A stretch of 64,000 nucleotides of DNA. Source: Alphaproteobacteria bacterium. Lineage in GTDB: Bacteria; Pseudomonadota; Alphaproteobacteria; MPNO01; UBA830. The notes beneath the pieces were generated by a model that saw only the letters and a list, made by a program, of their open reading frames with translations, had not been told where the DNA came from and ran no database searches. Each line of letters opens with the position of its first letter. Position 1 is the stretch's first letter. The DNA lies in NCBI GenBank assembly GCA_964291215.2, contig OZ219791.1, positions 3,456,001 through 3,520,000 of the forward strand. Direction: 5' to 3'. Shown in pieces: positions 60,870-64,000 of the stretch. A program made the translations under genes and the position numbers.

Positions 60870-62097
60870 GATTACGCAACCTGATGTCTGGAAATTGTCG
60901 TGAAGCTCTCAGTCATCGAGCTGTTCCCATTTGATCTTGGTTTCGGTTTCCCATTTTTCGTCGATGAGGACCGCGGTTGAGAGGCGCTCTAACGAGGCGA
61001 GGTTCGGAAAGACCCTGACTTTGGAGGTGCGCCGCTTGAGCTCTTGCTGGATCGGCCGCTCGATGCCGTTCGAGGTTCGCATACGTTTGCGGTGAGCATC
61101 GGGCAAGGTGAAGACAGCGAGCCCCGCATTCTTTTCCAGCCAGGAAGCCTGGATGCTTGTCGCGATAGCTGGCCACGAGGGCGCCCAGTTCAGCCTCGGC
61201 GGTTTGGAGTGAGGACGCATGGCTCCGAGCTGTTTTCCAATACGTTTCCTGATGTCGTTGTTCGGTGCACGGCGTTTTGCGCCAAGTGGAACTGGCAGCG
61301 CTGCCATGTCGCCGCGCCCAGCACCGCGCGTCGTGCTGCTTTCAGCCCAGCATGGTCATCCGAGACGATGAAGGTCGTACCATGCAGGGCTAGCAAGCTT
61401 TCCAGGAAGGCTCTCCAATGGACCTCGGCCTCGGAGAGCGCCACAGAGAGCCCCAGAACGTGCCTGCAGCCCCTATTCCGATGGCCGAGAGTACTGCGAC
61501 ATCGCGCACAACGCCGTCATGGCGGGCTTTTTCGTAGCGCGCATCCAGGATCAGGTATTTCATCAGGGGCCGGTTGCGCGGCGAGTTCTTCATCGAGCAA
61601 CCTGGTGGCCCGGCTGACCTGAGAAGAGGACAGGCTCCCGAACTCGCGCATTACATCTTGCCGCGTGGAAACACCCTTGATGTACATCTCGGCTACGGCG
61701 CGAGAAGATCGCTGGCCGCGTTCAAGCGACTGGGGATAGAACGGATCGTCCCCGTGACCGGCCGTCTTTGGCACCTGAACGGCAACAGGGGGGTGTCGAT
61801 CCGCTTGTAGCCGTTGGCATAGCCCTGTCGTTCCGGTGTCCGGTGGCCCGCTTTCAAGTACTGCTCGCGCTCGATTTGCATCGCAAGCTCGAAGAGCTGA
61901 CCAAAGACCCGCCCCAGATCCGTTGCTCCGTTTGCGATCAGATGTTCCAAAACGGCCTCAATCGTCGTAGTGTGTCGCAGCTCCATTCGCTTCCTCCATG
62001 AATGTTTTACAACTCCATGGGATAGCACGATGGCGCCGCGTTTCACTGGGGGGGGGGCTAGCCCTGCCGAGTAATGACAATTACGACGTGACGTCAA
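60870..62097 (-). mobile_element. Decayed IS256-family element
   Basis: EMYIKGVSTR, LILDARYEK, SEAEVHWRAFLESL, VSDDHAGLK, WQRCQFH, RTSNGIER; many small deletions; far end approximate. Confidence 0.9.
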
Positions 62098-64000
62098 GGG
62101 CCTGAATGTGTTGCAAGGGTTGCCGCTGTCCGGCCCGGAAGCCGACTTGATGGCCAAGAACGGCGCTGGGTCGCGCCGTGCCACATGACTTGGTGTCCGG
62201 GCTCGGGATCATGCTTGCGATCCTGGTACCCGCCGAGATGGGCCACCAGGCGGACGGCATCCCCGAGGCGGGCGTCATGCGCTTCTCGGCGGCGTAGTCG
62301 CGCAGGAAGCTCAGCTCCTGATCGGTGAACATCAGCTCGGGCTCACAGTCGGGAACCTGCCGCAGGGTCATGACCATGATGCGCGATGACGGCGTTGATG
62401 GCGATGGCCCGCTGCAGTCGTTCTGCGGTCCGGAACAGCAGGAACTCGGTGCGACAGCCTGACTTGAGGACGCGGAAGAAGTCTTCGACCTTCCACCTCT
62501 GGAGGTAGAAGCCAACCATCTTGGCGGCGTCCTCGGCGCTGCGCACCTTGAGCGTGGTGAGCAGGAACCACTGCACCGGGTTCTCGCCTTCGGGAGGATC
62601 GGTTTCGATGATGTGGACACCGGAAAGGGCGAGCGGCCTTCGAGGGTGGAGGGCAAGGTCACGCGGCGGAACCGCAGTGCGCACTGAGCCACGCGTTTGC
62701 GTCGGGCGCCTTCGTTCGGCTCGCCTTCGGACGCTCGCTCAGGCCGTCGACCTCGACGGTGATGCCGCCGGGCCTGCGCTCAAGGTTGCAAACAGCTTTG
62801 CGCGCCCCTTGCCGAGAACCCGGTCATGTCGGCAGAAGCTCGACCCGTGGGTTGAGACGTTGATGACAGCTCGAAGAAGTCCGCTTCCCGATCACAGACC
62901 GAGATCACGCGCGTCTTGTTCCCGACGTCGCGGACCGCTTCGTCGATGTCCTTGAAGCCTTCCATCCAGCGCCGGCTCTTCAACCGCTCCTCGGCCGCCG
63001 GGGAGCGCTGCTTCACCGCATCGAACCCCAGACGCAGAACCCCGAGCGGCAACCCCGTCTCCGCCAGCGTCGCATGCAGGTGCAGACCCCGGGCCGACGA
63101 GGAGGTCTGGTTCTTGCCGATGACCTGAAGACCTTCGCATCCCGGCCGCCGGGAGAAATTGAGGTCGCTGGATCGCCAGCACGGTTGTTTGGCCCCGGAT
63201 GCGCTGGATCGTGCGCTCCCGATGCGGAGCAAGAATATTCGCCACCGCACTCTCCACCGGCTTCTCGATCAGGCGGTAGAAAGCACTGATCGCCGTGTTG
63301 TCGGCATCCGTGCTCGCGTGGATCTTGGACCCGGGACAGGACGCCAGAAGAGCCGCACTCTTCACCAAGCGTGCCGACAGTCGCTTGTCACCCAAGGGAG
63401 CCCCTCCGAATTCGTTCGCTGCCCACACCGCAGCATCCAGACCGTCTCCGGGTCCCAGCGATCCCGCAGGGTCGACCGGATCCACCCCCAGCTTGCGTCG
63501 CCGATCCAGACCGCGCATCCATTGACGGTCTTGGCAGCGCGATGGTGACGATCCTGACGTCCCCGACCCTTCGTCCGCCCCGCACACACGAAGTTCGCAG
63601 CCCGCAGGCAGGTCCCGGCCCTCGTCCGCACAGGTTTCCACCACCAGGGGACGGAATCCATACCGGGCCTCGAAGTCCCTCGGCAGACGCCGGAGAAGCC
63701 GCCCCAGAACATGGCTCCCGGCACCGCACCCGAAGCAGAAACCGACTCAGACAGACCACCCGATGATCCCGCCGCTGGGACGGCGCCATCCAGCGGTCGC
63801 GGGCCTCGCCCGTCAACGCCGCCGCCGAGATCCCGACCGCACCCAGGATCCCGTGCTCCGACGTCACAAGATAGCGCACCTGACAGCCGGCAAACGTCGT
63901 CATGCCATGAGGATGCTCGCGCGCCGTGTTCCATACCGTTCGCTCCGAAACCTCGGTCACCACCGACAACCGCACCCGCGCAATCCCTGACAGACGGGAC
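62098..64000 (-). mobile_element. Decayed DUF4338 + IS4-family transposase, continuing beyond the window
   Basis: FAGCQVRYLV, VVCLSRFLLR, ANEFGGAPLGDKRL, VCDREADFFE, WFLLTTL, YLQRWKVEDFFRVLKSGC. Confidence 0.88.

Noticed and set aside
1-64000. CRISPR array, rRNA or tRNA genes
   Set aside because: No regularly spaced repeats or recognisable structural RNA were found by eye; a covariance search was not possible.
62892-64000. Druantia defence system
   Set aside because: The DUF4338-like region is part of a decayed transposase, and no DruE helicase or other dru genes are in the window.

Overview
High-GC bacterial DNA, probably an Alphaproteobacterium; the IS repertoire resembles that of marine-invertebrate or sponge symbionts, which is an inference. 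Mostly intact catabolic islands alternate with piles of decayed mobile elements. The catabolic islands are: (1) a hydantoinase/oxoprolinase A+B and DUF1989 operon; (2) a CoA-transferase, citryl-CoA-lyase-like and TctCBA operon; (3) a 14.5-kb GntR/HutC regulon with three visible operator copies, encoding a 2-oxoacid dehydrogenase E1a/E1b pair with a stand-alone lipoyl protein, two split transketolases, two SDRs, TctCBA, a sulfatase and an enolase-superfamily enzyme; (4) a cyclic-amide/amidohydrolase cluster that includes two adjacent enzymes with rewired active sites; plus recQ. Mobile DNA includes IS1634, ISKra4, IS66, IS256 (x2), IS1595 (x2, one with passenger genes), IS4/DUF4338 (x3), IS91-like and ISAzo13 remnants, two MITE-like elements, and a group II intron inserted exactly into an IS66 transposase. 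That IS66 also carries a methyltransferase remnant. The best candidates for undescribed systems are a coupled PurA/PurZ-like synthetase and DarT-like ADP-ribosyltransferase module (decayed here), the ThDP-enzyme-rich sulfatase regulon, and the degenerate dihydroorotase/Cys-less racemase pair. No rRNA, tRNA or CRISPR array was seen. All family assignments come from motif recognition, not database searches.
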